Shown: positions 16,518 to 27,600 of the stretch, piece by piece
Numbering within the stretch: the stretch's first letter is position 1
Layout of the letters: every line of letters begins with the position of its first letter
Assembly (NCBI GenBank): GCA_045639565.1
Contig: JAZUDH010000092.1
Span: forward strand, 29,466 to 93,465
Reading direction: 5' to 3'
DNA: 64,000 bases
DNA from: Lachnospiraceae bacterium
GTDB taxonomy: Bacteria > Bacillota > Clostridia > Lachnospirales > Lachnospiraceae
Notes under the pieces: model-generated
The model's input: only the letters and a program-made list of their open reading frames with translations
What the model was told of the DNA's origin: nothing
The model's database searches: none
Translations under genes and position numbers: made by a program

Positions 16518-17702
16518 TTATAAATCACCCATCTTGTATTTATCTACAATCTTCTGAATTCTTTCGATAGGATTTAGTAAATCGCTGATTGATGTGTCGT
16601 GATTAAGTGTATCAATGATGTATGCGATATATTTACTCATATCGCAGTTGATATACCATTCACGAGACAATAATTCAGGAGACTGATATATAGTGTTGGT
16701 TGTAAGTACACGGCTGATAATGCCTTCTTCGTAAGCTTTGTCGAATCTGTCAAGACCGCCAGTAAATAAACCAAATGTAGCACATACAAAAATTTTGTTA
16801 GCTTTTCTGGCTTTTAGGTTAGCTGCAACCTCAAGTACGCTTTCACCTGAAGAAATCATATCGTCCATGATGATAACATCTTTACCTTCTACGCTTGAAC
16901 CTAAGAATTCGTGAGCTACGATGGGATTACGACCATCAACAATTCTTGTGTAATCGCGGCGTTTATAGAACATACCCATATCGAGTCCTAAAACGTTAGC
17001 AAGATAAATAGCGCGACTCATACCACCTTCATCAGGACTGATTACCATCATGTGATCAGAGTCAATACTTAACCCCTTAACATTATTGAGCAAGCCCTTT
17101 ACAAACTGATATGCAGGCTGGATTGTTTCAAATCCGTGAAGAGGAATGGCATTCTGAACTCTAGGATCATGAGCATCGAATGTGATGATGTTATCTACAC
17201 CCATTGATGTAAGTTCCTGAAGTGCCATTGCACAGTCAAGAGATTCTCTAGCTGTACGCTTATGCTGTCTGCTTTCGTAAAGGAAAGGCATGATGACTGT
17301 AATTCTTCTAGCCTTACCACCTACGGCAGCTATGATACGCTTTAAATCCTGATAGTGATCATCGGGAGACATATGGTTTTCGTATCCTCCCATAGAATAA
17401 GTTAATGAGTAGTTACAAACATCAACCATTAAATATAAGTCAGAACCACGAACTGATTCTAAAATCAATCCCTTAGCTTCACCAGAACCAAAACGAGGAA
17501 CCTTAGCTTCAAGAATGTATGAATCTCTCATATATCCAGAAAATGCTAAGCTCTCTTTGTGCTCATTTTCGCGTTCTTCACGCCACTTAACAAGATAGTC
17601 ATCTACTTTCTTGCCAAGATCCTTACATCCTTCAAGAGGAATAAGTCCAAGTGAACCAACGGGAATAGTTTCGAGGTTACGTTTTTCTTCACGAGGTGCC
17701 AT
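16518..17702 (-). CDS. prs: Ribose-phosphate pyrophosphokinase (long, divergent form, 394 aa)
   Basis: Has 'ITVIMPFLYESRQHKR', 'IITFDAHDPRVQN', and the PRPP-binding loop 'VIIMDDMISSGES'. Confidence 0.85.
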   Translation of the reverse strand: MAPREEKRNLETIPVGSLGLIPLEGCKDLGKKVDDYLVKWREERENEHKESLAFSGYMRDSYILEAKVPRFGSGEAKGLILESVRGSDLYLMVDVCNYSLTYSMGGYENHMSPDDHYQDLKRIIAAVGGKARRITVIMPFLYESRQHKRTARESLDCAMALQELTSMGVDNIITFDAHDPRVQNAIPLHGFETIQPAYQFVKGLLNNVKGLSIDSDHMMVISPDEGGMSRAIYLANVLGLDMGMFYKRRDYTRIVDGRNPIVAHEFLGSSVEGKDVIIMDDMISSGESVLEVAANLKARKANKIFVCATFGLFTGGLDRFDKAYEEGIISRVLTTNTIYQSPELLSREWYINCDMSKYIAYIIDTLNHDTSISDLLNPIERIQKIVDKYKMGDL

Positions 17703-17721
17703 GAAAAGTTCCTTTCTTATG

Positions 17722-18684
17722 TTAAGAATTAGTCTTCATTAATATTCTTATATCAGGACCTGAAAGTTTGCAAGCGTCAAAACTACTAATAATTCGCGAA
17801 AAAATGCGGTCAGAATATCTATCTCGCAACTCATTTAGCTGCAAATTGCTCGAAATGACAATAGATTTACCTCTTAGCGAACGTTCATTTATGCAAGAAA
17901 ACAATTCAGCGGTGGTAAACTTGTTAGTTGATTCTGTACCTAAATCATCTATTATTAGTAAATCGCAATTGTAAATATGCTCATATATGCTAGGCTGCTC
18001 TTTTCTATACTGACTATCAAAGGTTTCTTTTGCCAAAGCATTAAAGAACGAAGAGGCGCTAAAATAAATAACTGAGTAACCTTTATCTAATAATTCTTTA
18101 GCTATGCAACCAGAAAGAAACGATTTTCCGGTGCCGACTGTTCCGTATAAAAAAAGATTTTTGTTAACAGAACCGAAGGTATCTACAAACGCGTGACATT
18201 TATCAACGGTTCTTTTGAATGCATCTAAATCCTCGCCTTTATAAAAATCATACCGAAGAGTTGAAAAGTTGTTACTTTTAAGATGGCTTACAATGTTAGA
18301 CTGTTCATAGAGAACATTTATCAACTGCTGCTTAAGACAGTGACATTTTTCACGATTGATATATCCCGTATCGTGACAGTCCTTGCAATCATATATAGGT
18401 TCAAGGTAGTCGCCGGGAAGTCCTGCACCTATGAGGAGCTCTCTTTTCATAGACTTAAGATCTTCTAGCAGTTTATGTAATTCTTTAGTGGCATTTAGGT
18501 CACCAGATAGTTTGCGTCTGGCGACATCCATGGAAACAGAAACTGTGGACTCATCAAGTTCTTTGTATCCATCAACAGTCTTGTATACCTCATCTCTTCT
18601 TGCTTCTTGAATGTGGAAATTGTTGAGTCTTGTATCTTCATATTTCTTTAGGATGGTGTCCATTTGAGAATTAGAAATGGCCAT
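17722..18684 (-). CDS. dnaI: Helicase loader ATPase (DnaI/DnaC, IstB-like AAA+)
   Basis: 320 aa. Has a zinc-binding 'CKDCHDTGYINREKCHC', Walker A 'GTVGTGKSF' and Walker B 'LLIIDDLGTE'. Confidence 0.8.
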   Translation of the reverse strand: MAISNSQMDTILKKYEDTRLNNFHIQEARRDEVYKTVDGYKELDESTVSVSMDVARRKLSGDLNATKELHKLLEDLKSMKRELLIGAGLPGDYLEPIYDCKDCHDTGYINREKCHCLKQQLINVLYEQSNIVSHLKSNNFSTLRYDFYKGEDLDAFKRTVDKCHAFVDTFGSVNKNLFLYGTVGTGKSFLSGCIAKELLDKGYSVIYFSASSFFNALAKETFDSQYRKEQPSIYEHIYNCDLLIIDDLGTESTNKFTTAELFSCINERSLRGKSIVISSNLQLNELRDRYSDRIFSRIISSFDACKLSGPDIRILMKTNS

Positions 18685-18698
18685 TTTAATACCTCACA

Positions 18699-19778
18699 TT
18701 ATTTGCTTAAGATCATTTTTTCGATGGCATCGAAATCATAATCCTGTGTCATACTAAATGAATTAAAGCTGTTCTTGCTAGCTGTTATAGCCTGAGCATT
18801 TGCCTTGGACTTTCGATAAGATGAGTCAAGGGCGGAAAGATCGCTAAGATTACGCACACCAGAATTTTTCCAAGAAGAAAGGATGGAATCGCAATAGCGT
18901 AATCTGCCATTTGTAGTAGCGATAACTGTACGTCTGCAGGCCTCAAATATTACATCTAGCTCGAAACCGTATTCTTTGTACCATTTTGAAATTAGTTCTG
19001 CCTCGGCTTCAGTAGGGTTACCAGTACGACCAAGCTCTTTTAATATGGCGTAAACATTCTTGTCGTATGCAAAATTAATGTGTGCCTTGGCTTTTTTTAC
19101 TGTATTGACTCCAGATTGTGCCCAGTCGCAAGCAACCTTTGAAATATAGGAAAAGCTTTTTGAACCATGGTCAACACAGTACTGCAAAAGGTAATCAATC
19201 AAATCTTCAGAAAAATTAAGCTCATGATGAATGAAATATAAAGTATCAAGATTTCTGGATGTAATATTCTTTCCAAGATATGTTTCGGCCAGGAAAGGAA
19301 TGTTACATGTATCCGGATTTTCCTTGAAAGCTTTTTTAACATCAAGAGAGTAAGAAGGAATCTCATCGTATGAGATGGCTTTAGTCTCTTTTGATATGGA
19401 TGTTGAACCTAAATTCTCTTCACTTGAAACTAGTTTTAATGGAACAATAGGTGCGAGCGGACGCGATTCGGGAATGATATCCTTGGCTGGATTAATAAAA
19501 CGAATGCCAGTAAGATTCTTTAACTCGTCAAATTCAAGAGAAAGAAGATGACACTTTTCCCAATACTTAAGTGCACGAATAATGTCTTTTTCGGTGTGAT
19601 TGAATTTGTCGGCCATATCTGAAATGCCGGTAGGAAGGTTGGCACTCATCATGCGTAAAAGATAAAGGTAAACCTTGATTTGCGCATCATTAGCGTCGAC
19701 CATGTATTCGTCGATAAACTTATTAGAGACAACGGTATTAGAAACGTTATCCTCTTTATAGATTTTTATTGAACTCAT
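18699..19778 (-). CDS. DnaD-domain replication initiation / membrane attachment protein (Bacillus DnaB/DnaD-like)
   Basis: 359 aa. Sits immediately upstream of the dnaI-like gene. Has C-terminal DnaD-type repeats: 'LIDYLLQYCV...SFSYISKVACDWAQSGVNTVKKA' and 'ELISKWYKEYGFELDVIFEACRRT...RLRYCDSILSSWKNSGV'. Confidence 0.75.
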   Translation of the reverse strand: MSSIKIYKEDNVSNTVVSNKFIDEYMVDANDAQIKVYLYLLRMMSANLPTGISDMADKFNHTEKDIIRALKYWEKCHLLSLEFDELKNLTGIRFINPAKDIIPESRPLAPIVPLKLVSSEENLGSTSISKETKAISYDEIPSYSLDVKKAFKENPDTCNIPFLAETYLGKNITSRNLDTLYFIHHELNFSEDLIDYLLQYCVDHGSKSFSYISKVACDWAQSGVNTVKKAKAHINFAYDKNVYAILKELGRTGNPTEAEAELISKWYKEYGFELDVIFEACRRTVIATTNGRLRYCDSILSSWKNSGVRNLSDLSALDSSYRKSKANAQAITASKNSFNSFSMTQDYDFDAIEKMILSK

Positions 19779-19897
19779 TAGTATTATACACTCACCTTTT
19801 TTATTGCTGTTAAGCTAGAGTAAGTGTATCAGATTATTTGTGGAAAACAAATAGGAAAAACGACGAAAAACCCAGTAAAATCAAGGTTTCTAGGAAA

Positions 19898-20023
19898 TGT
19901 GGATTATGTGGATAAAGTGGATTAATAAATGGAAACCTAAGTAAAATAAGCGCTTTTAATAATAAAGAAATCCACATCTTTTATGTGGGTAGTCAACATA
20001 AAAAATGTGGATAAAGTGGATAA
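19898..20023. promoter_or_regulatory. Cluster of DnaA boxes upstream of the dnaD-like/dnaI/prs operon
   Basis: Perfect TGTGGATAA at 19907-19915 and 20006-20014. One-mismatch boxes at 19898-19906 (tgtggatta) and 20015-20023 (agtggataa). Weaker boxes at 19916-19924 and 19968-19976. Confidence 0.6.
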
Positions 20024-21403
20024 TTAATCCAAAATAAGCTTTTCGCCTATATTTACTACGTCCCCGGCACCTATAGTTATCAACATGTCATTTTTTATAC
20101 AATTAGCTTTTACATATTCTACTATCTCGTCAAAATCTGAAATGTAAGTAACATCAACACCTATTTTCTTCATCTCTTCATAAAGATTTTTAGAATTACA
20201 TCCATACTCATCTTTTTCTCTTGCCGCGTATACATCAGTCAGTATTACTTTATCAACCAAAGTAAAGACTTCAGCAAAATCATGTAAAAAAGCCTTGGTA
20301 CGAGTATATGTGTGTGGCTGGAATACCGCAAAAATTCTATTGTGGTCAATTTTGAGAGCGGAATTTAACATTGCTCTAATTTCAGTAGGATGGTGAGCAT
20401 AATCATCAATAACAGTGACGCCGTTAAACTCACCCTTTTTTTCAAATCTTCTTTTTGAACCAGTACACTTAAGCAATGCTTCGATAATTGCATTGTCAGA
20501 TATACCTGCATTTTTACTAACTGCAACAACAGATAAAGCGTTAGAAACGTTGTGGATACCAGGAACTCCGAGCTTTATTTTAAATGAAGCACCTGTTTTC
20601 TTCTCGTGACAAATAAAAGAAGGAAGCCCAGCTTTGTCATATTCAATATCGGTAGCATAGTAGTCAAAAGAATCATTAAATCCATAGGTCACATATGGAC
20701 ATTTAATATCACTAACAATCTCATGGATGTTATCAATTTCTCCATTAATAACTAAGAGACCATCAGCGGGTAGTAAATTAGCAAATTGTTTAAAAGAAGA
20801 ACGAATATCATATATGTCTTTAAAGAAATCAAGATGATCTTCTTCTATATTAAGTATTACACTGACTCTAGGATAGAAGTTTAGGTAACTGTTAGTGTAT
20901 TCGCAAGCTTCGAAGACAAAATGCTCTTTGCCGCCTACCTTCATGTTAGAGCCAATGGTATTAACTACACCTCCTACGGAAATGGTGGGATTAAGATCGG
21001 CCTGAAGGAAGACTTCTGAAATCATTGATGAGGTTGTGGTTTTGCCATGAGTTCCGCTTACTGCAATGGGATTCTTGTAGTTTTTCATGAGTTCGCCTAA
21101 GAATTCGGCTCTTGTCATATGCGCAACGCCACATTCCATCATTTTAGTAAATTCAGGATTGCCCTCACGAATAGCAGCGGTATAAACAATTAAGTCCTCG
21201 TTGCCGGTAATATGAGAAACTTCCTGGCCATAATATACGGTGGCCCCTTCGCTTTCAACTTTTCTTGTTAATTCGCTTTCTTTGGCATCTGAACCAGAAA
21301 CCTTAAAACCTTGTGAAAGCAGAATACTTGCCAGACCACTCATGCTTACGCCACCAATGCCGATGAAGTAAACATGCATGGGCTTATTGAAATTTATATT
21401 CAT
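20024..21403 (-). CDS. murC: UDP-N-acetylmuramate--L-alanine ligase
   Basis: 459 aa, with 'FIGIGGVSMSGLA', 'VSGTHGKTTTSSM' and 'DDYAHHPTEI'. Confidence 0.95.
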   Translation of the reverse strand: MNINFNKPMHVYFIGIGGVSMSGLASILLSQGFKVSGSDAKESELTRKVESEGATVYYGQEVSHITGNEDLIVYTAAIREGNPEFTKMMECGVAHMTRAEFLGELMKNYKNPIAVSGTHGKTTTSSMISEVFLQADLNPTISVGGVVNTIGSNMKVGGKEHFVFEACEYTNSYLNFYPRVSVILNIEEDHLDFFKDIYDIRSSFKQFANLLPADGLLVINGEIDNIHEIVSDIKCPYVTYGFNDSFDYYATDIEYDKAGLPSFICHEKKTGASFKIKLGVPGIHNVSNALSVVAVSKNAGISDNAIIEALLKCTGSKRRFEKKGEFNGVTVIDDYAHHPTEIRAMLNSALKIDHNRIFAVFQPHTYTRTKAFLHDFAEVFTLVDKVILTDVYAAREKDEYGCNSKNLYEEMKKIGVDVTYISDFDEIVEYVKANCIKNDMLITIGAGDVVNIGEKLILD

Positions 21404-21554
21404 TTTGATTATCTCCCAAATTGAGTTTTACTTATTATATCACTGTCAGAAAAAAACACAAAATAAACTCAAAAAAGACTGAAAAAAATTGATATATTTG
21501 CAAATTGGGATTAAAATAATAATATGCAGAAAACATCCAATGTGGAGGGGCATT

Positions 21555-22826
21555 ATGATCAAAAAAGAGATGATAGCCATGCTGTTAGCCGGCGGACAGG
21601 GCAGCCGATTAGGTGTACTTACAGCAAAAATGGCAAAACCAGCCGTATCTTTTGGTGGAAAATATAGAATTATCGACTTCCCGCTTTCAAACTGTATCAA
21701 TTCGGGAGTAGATACTGTAGGTGTGCTTACGCAGTATCAACCACTTAGATTAAATACCCATATCGGAATTGGTATTCCGTGGGACCTTGACCGTAACATA
21801 GGAGGTGTTACAGTTCTTCCCCCTTACGAAAAAAGTGAAAATACTGACTGGTATACAGGTACAGCCAATGCCATTTACCAGAACCTTGATTACATGGAAA
21901 CATATAATCCTGAGTACGTACTGATTCTTTCGGGCGATCATATTTACAAAATGGATTACGAGGTTATGCTTGATTACCACAAGTCGCACAATGCGGATGT
22001 GACAATAGCAGTTATGCCTGTTCCCATGGAGGAAGCTAAGCGATTTGGTATCATGATTACCGATGAAGAGGGAAAGATTACTGAGTTTGAGGAAAAACCT
22101 GCTAACCCTAGATCTAACCTTGCTTCAATGGGTATCTATATATTTAACTGGAAAACATTGAAGGAAGCCTTAGTTAAAATGGCTGATCAGCCAGCACTTG
22201 ACTTTGGCAAGCATATTATTCCTTACTGTCATGAAAAGGGTGCTCCTCTTTATGCGTACGAATTTAACGGATATTGGAAGGACGTTGGAACACTCGAATC
22301 GTATTGGCAGGCTAATATGGAGCTTATCGATATTGTTCCTGAATTCAATCTATATGAAGAATACTGGAAGATTTATACAAAGAGTGATGTTCTGCCTCCT
22401 CAGTATTTGTCTAAAGATAGTGTTGTAGAAAAGAGTATAATTGGCGAAGGCAGTGAGATATACGGACGTGTATATAATTCCGTTATCGGATGCGGGGTAA
22501 CAATTGGCGAAGGCGCTGAGGTACATGATTCAATCATCATGAACGGTGCAGTGATAGGCTCTAACAGTGTATTAAATAAAGCAATTGTTGCTGAAAGTGC
22601 ATTGATTGGTTCTAATGTAAATATTGGTGTTGGTGAAGAAGCTGAAAATGAGACCAACCCTGGAATTTACAATTCTGGAATCGTCACCATAGGCGAAAAA
22701 ACAGTAATTCCTAATGGCATAAGCGTAGGAAAGAATAGTGTAATCTTAGGAAAGACCACTGAAGCTGATTATCCGGATAATTACCTTAAGAGTGGATCAT
22801 CTTTGATAAAGGCAGGTGACGAATAA
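21555..22826 (+). CDS. glgC: Glucose-1-phosphate adenylyltransferase, catalytic subunit
   Basis: Start moved to [19 protein letters not shown] (GGAGGGG RBS). Has '[15 protein letters not shown]' and '[12 protein letters not shown]'. Confidence 0.93.
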   Translation: MIKKEMIAMLLAGGQGSRLGVLTAKMAKPAVSFGGKYRIIDFPLSNCINSGVDTVGVLTQYQPLRLNTHIGIGIPWDLDRNIGGVTVLPPYEKSENTDWYTGTANAIYQNLDYMETYNPEYVLILSGDHIYKMDYEVMLDYHKSHNADVTIAVMPVPMEEAKRFGIMITDEEGKITEFEEKPANPRSNLASMGIYIFNWKTLKEALVKMADQPALDFGKHIIPYCHEKGAPLYAYEFNGYWKDVGTLESYWQANMELIDIVPEFNLYEEYWKIYTKSDVLPPQYLSKDSVVEKSIIGEGSEIYGRVYNSVIGCGVTIGEGAEVHDSIIMNGAVIGSNSVLNKAIVAESALIGSNVNIGVGEEAENETNPGIYNSGIVTIGEKTVIPNGISVGKNSVILGKTTEADYPDNYLKSGSSLIKAGDE

Positions 22827-23944
22827 TGAGAGCAATTGGTATCGTATTAGCTGGTGGTAACAGCCACCGTATGAAAGAACTTGTTTCAAAGAGAGCTGTA
22901 GCAGCAATGCCAGTAGCAGGAAGCTATAGAAGCGTCGACTTTGTTTTGAGTAACATGTCTAACTCTCATATTCAGAAGGTTGGTGTATTTACTCAGTATA
23001 ATGCTAGAAGTCTTAATGAACATTTGAGCTCATCAAAGTGGTGGGATTTTGGACGTAAACAGGGAGGTTTGTTTGTATTTACTCCTGCAGTGACGGCTGA
23101 AAATAATTTCTGGTATAGAGGTACTGCAGATGCTATTTATCAGAACCTTTCATTCCTTAAGAATTCGCACGAACCGTATGTAGTTATTGCGTCGGCAGAC
23201 TGTGTTTATAAGATGGATTACAACAAGCTTCTTGAATATCACATAGACAAAAAAGCTGATATTACAGTAGTATGTCGCGATGCATCAGATCTTCGAGAAA
23301 TTGACAGATTTGGTACTGTTAAGATGAATGAGGAGCATCGGATTTTAGAATTCGAAGAAAAACCTATAGTTGCTAAATCTTCAACTATTTCGTGCGGTAT
23401 CTATGTCGTAAGAAGACGTGCGCTTATTGATATGATTGAAAAGAGTGCAAAAGAAGATCGTTATGATTTTGTTAAGGACATTCTTATAAGATTTAAGGAT
23501 GTTAAACGTATCTTTGGTTACAAGATTCATGATTATTGGAGAAATATTGCGACCGTAGAAGACTACTTCAATACAAATATGGAGTTCTTAAAGCCTGAAA
23601 TAAGGGATTATTTCTTCAAACAGTATCCAGATATTTATTCTAAGATTGATGATTTGCCTCCTGCAAAGTATAATGTGGGAGCCAATGTTAGAAACTCACT
23701 TGTTGCTAGTGGAACAATTGTAAATGGTACAGTTGAAGATTCTTTGGTATTTAAGGAAACTTATATAGGAAATAACTGTTTCATTAAGAATTCAATTATC
23801 CTTAACGATGTTTATATTGGAGATAATGTTACTATCGAAAACTGTATAGTGGAAAGTCATTGCACTATAAAGGCTGGAACCTCATACAAAGGCGAGGGCG
23901 AAATAAAGATAGTAGTTGAAGAAGGCGACAGATTTGTAATCTAG
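22826..23944 (+). CDS. glgD: Glucose-1-phosphate adenylyltransferase, GlgD subunit
   Basis: 372 aa paralogue immediately after glgC, with a TAATG overlap. The degenerate 'LAGGNSHRM' is typical of Firmicutes GlgD. Confidence 0.88.
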   Translation: MRAIGIVLAGGNSHRMKELVSKRAVAAMPVAGSYRSVDFVLSNMSNSHIQKVGVFTQYNARSLNEHLSSSKWWDFGRKQGGLFVFTPAVTAENNFWYRGTADAIYQNLSFLKNSHEPYVVIASADCVYKMDYNKLLEYHIDKKADITVVCRDASDLREIDRFGTVKMNEEHRILEFEEKPIVAKSSTISCGIYVVRRRALIDMIEKSAKEDRYDFVKDILIRFKDVKRIFGYKIHDYWRNIATVEDYFNTNMEFLKPEIRDYFFKQYPDIYSKIDDLPPAKYNVGANVRNSLVASGTIVNGTVEDSLVFKETYIGNNCFIKNSIILNDVYIGDNVTIENCIVESHCTIKAGTSYKGEGEIKIVVEEGDRFVI

Positions 23945-24043
23945 TTTTGTGGATTTACATCATATTATGAGATTAAGGGGCACTAATAGTTAGCGCCCTT
24001 TTTCTTTGGAAATACAATAAACAGAAATGGAAGAAATAAAGTA

Positions 24044-24628
24044 ATGATTTTAATTGCAGGATTAGGTAATCCCGGAAGAGAATACGAAAACACAAGACAT
24101 AATATGGGATTCATGGTAATTGATTCCATTGCAGATAAATATGGAATAAGTGTATCTGAAAAGAAGCATAAAGGTCTGGTAGGAAAAGGCGTAATAGAAG
24201 GACAAAAGGTAGTGCTTGTAAAACCCCAAACATATATGAATTGTAGTGGCGAGTGCTTAAGAGAAGTGGCAGATTACTATAAAATTGATCCTGAAACTGA
24301 AGTGATAGTAATATATGATGATATTACCCTGGATGTAGGCTCTATCAGAGTAAGGCCCAAGGGAAGTGCAGGTGGACACAATGGGATGAAGAGTATTATT
24401 GCACACCTTGGAACTGAAGGGTTTTCTAGAATAAGAGTGGGAATAGGTGAGAAGCCTTCAAGAATGGATCTTGCTGATTGGGTAATGGGGCATTTTCCTG
24501 AAAATGAAAAAGAGGCTTTGAAAGAAGCAATTGACAAGTCAATGGAAGCGATGCTCCTATTAATGGAAGATAGAATTGATGAAGCAATGAACCGTTTCAA
24601 CAAAAAGGTCGACAGGAATAAACAATGA
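24044..24628 (+). CDS. pth: Peptidyl-tRNA hydrolase
   Basis: 194 aa, with 'LIAGLGNPGREYENTRHNMGF' and 'GSAGGHNGMKS'. Confidence 0.95.
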   Translation: MILIAGLGNPGREYENTRHNMGFMVIDSIADKYGISVSEKKHKGLVGKGVIEGQKVVLVKPQTYMNCSGECLREVADYYKIDPETEVIVIYDDITLDVGSIRVRPKGSAGGHNGMKSIIAHLGTEGFSRIRVGIGEKPSRMDLADWVMGHFPENEKEALKEAIDKSMEAMLLLMEDRIDEAMNRFNKKVDRNKQ

Positions 24629-27600
24629 ATACATTAATCAGCCCTCTTTATGATTCAACTGGATTTAAAGAGGCAAGAGAATTACTAAATAAAAAGAACA
24701 AAAGAGTGTCTGTATCAGGCTGTGTGGATTCCGAGAAATGGAATATGGCATATGGCCTTTCTGATGATTTTAAAAATAAAATCATTGTCACTTACAACGA
24801 TATACGAGTAAAAGAAATATATGAAGATTATAGAATGTATGACAAGAATGCTCGTATGTATCCAGCCAAGGATGCGATATTTTATCAGGCTGATGTTCAC
24901 GGAAATAAAATTACAAAAGACAGAATCGGGTGCATAAAGAGAATACTAAAAGGCGTACCATGCACAATTATAACAACCTTTGGCGGGCTCATGAATGCAC
25001 AGTCAGAGCTAAGTCTTATAAAGCAGAACCTTCTTAATCTTTATGTAGGCGGAGTCATATCTGAAAGGGACATTTCAAAGAGACTACTTGCACTTGGATA
25101 TGAGAAAACCTACCAGGTGGAGCAGGGAGGTCAGTATAGTATCAGAGGCGGCATTGTCGACATATTTGATCTTACTGAGGAAAACCCATATCGACTTGAA
25201 CTATGGGGAGATGAGATTACATCCCTAAGAAGCTTTGATGTATTAAGTCAGCGCTCTATAGAACGACTAGAAAGTGTGACAATATATCCGGCTACTGAAC
25301 TTCCTTTATCAGAGGATGATCTTTTAGGTGGTATGAGAGCAATCCTCGATGAAACCCAAAAGACGGTAGCACTGATGCGTAAAAATGGCAATCCCGAAGC
25401 TGCACATCGCTTAGAGGTTACAGGTGAAGAAGTTAGGGAGCAGATAACAGAGCTTCCGTGGACCTTTAATGCAGATAGTTACATAAGATATTTTTGCAAG
25501 GATTTACAGTCAATAGCAGATTATCTTCCTGATGCAGTGATTATTCTGGATGAACCGGGCCGTATTGAAGAGCATGCTGATGCAGTTGAGCTTGAGTTTA
25601 GAGAGAGCATGAAGGCAAGACTCGAAAAGGGATATATACTGCCTGGTCAAACTAATATTTTGCTTTCTGGTGCAAAGATATTAGCAAAACTTTCGAACAG
25701 AACGGTTATTATGCTTAGCACGATGACACCAAAAAACTACATTGTGCAGCCTGATTTAAAATTTTCAATCGTATCAAGAAGTATTCCTTCTTATAATAAT
25801 ACATTTTCTGAGCTTATTAGAGATTTAAAGAATTATAGAAAACAAGGCTATCGTGTGCTCATCCTTTCAGGTTCAAGAACTAGGGCTGAAAGATTAGCCA
25901 AGGACTTGTGTGATAATGACATTACTTCTTTCTTTACGGAGGATAGGCAGCACACACTTATTCCTGGTGAAATAGCAACTATGTATGGCCGCGTGCTAAA
26001 AGGCTTTGAGTATCCTGACTTAAAGTTCGTTGTTATTTCTGAAAACGATATTTTCGGGGCAAAAGAAAAGAAAAAACGTAAAAAACATGACTATGAAGGA
26101 AAGAAGGTTCAAAATTTCGACGACCTTCATGTAGGTGACTATGTAGTACACGAAAGTTTTGGTATTGGAGTTTATTGTGGAATAGAAAAGGTTGCAGTAG
26201 ATAAGGTAACCAAAGACTATATGCGTATTGAATATCGCGATGGCGGTGTTTTGTACGTGCCGGCAACTAATCTTGAAGCGATTATGAAATATGCTTCAAG
26301 TGACGCTAAAAAGCCTAAGATTAATAAACTTGGTACAAAAGAATGGAGTAACACTACTTCTAAGGTTAAAACCGCAGTTAACGAAGTAGCCGAAGAACTG
26401 GTAACGCTTTATGCTGAAAGAAGAGAGCATGTAGGCTACAGATTTGGCGAAGATACTGTATGGCAGCAGGAATTTGAGGAATTATTTCCCTACGAAGAAA
26501 CAGAGGACCAGCTAGAAGCAATAGCAGCCACCAAAGAAGATATGATGAGTGACAAAATCATGGATCGTTTAGTGTGTGGTGACGTGGGCTTTGGCAAGAC
26601 AGAAGTAGCAATTCGTGCGGCATTTAAGGCAGTGCAGGATGGTAAACAGGTTGCCTTCTTGGTGCCTACAACTATTCTTGCAGAACAGCATTACAATACT
26701 TTCGTTGAAAGAATGAAAGATTTTCCGGTTAAGGTTGGCCAGCTTAGCCGTTTTGTGCCTAAGAGTGAGCAAAAGAAGGTGCTTGAGGACCTTAAAAAGG
26801 GAATGGTTGATATTGTAATAGGCACACACAGGCTTTTGTCTTCGGACGTGGTATTTAAGGACTTAGGACTATTAATGATAGACGAGGAACAGCGTTTTGG
26901 TGTTACTCACAAAGAGAAGATTAAGCAGATAAAGTCTGACGTTGATGTGCTGACACTAACAGCTACACCAATTCCCAGAACCTTACATATGAGCCTGATA
27001 GGAATAAGAGACATGAGTCTTTTGGAGGAAGCTCCTAATGATAGACTTCCTATCCAAACATATGTAATGGAATACAATGAAGAAATGGTAAGAGAGGCTA
27101 TTTCGAGAGAACTTTCGAGAAATGGTCAGGTTTACTATGTTTATAACCGTGTTAACAATATTGCTGATGTTACTGCTGCTATTCAAAAGCTTGTTCCAGA
27201 TGCAAATGTTGCTTTTGCTCATGGTCAAATGAAGGAAACTGAGATTGAACGTATCATGTATGATTTCATACGAGGGGACATTGATGTTTTAGTCTCTACC
27301 ACTATTATTGAGACTGGAATTGATATTCCTAATGTAAATACAATCATAATTCATGATTCGGACAAAATGGGTCTTTCGCAGCTTTACCAATTGAGGGGTA
27401 GAGTAGGACGATCAAACAGAACAGCTTATGCTTTCTTGATGTATAAACGGGATAAGATGCTTGAAGAAATTGCTGAGAAAAGACTGCAGACAATCCGTGA
27501 ATTTACGGATTTAGGAAGCGGATACAAGATTGCGATGAAGGACCTTGAAATTCGTGGCGCTGGTAACATTTTGGGCATGAGTCAGCATGGTCATATGGCA

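Noticed and set aside
21446-21700. ORF-track N-terminal extensions and spurious intergenic ORFs: 21446-21700 (-), 56353-56685 (-), 10711-10980 (+), and the 5' extensions of pflB, tsaC, the methyltransferase, glgC, atpZ, aconitase, GH18 and mscL.
   Set aside because: The extensions have no RBS, encode hydrophobic or basic junk, and precede an internal ATG that has a good Shine-Dalgarno and a family-typical N-terminus. I trimmed the starts accordingly.
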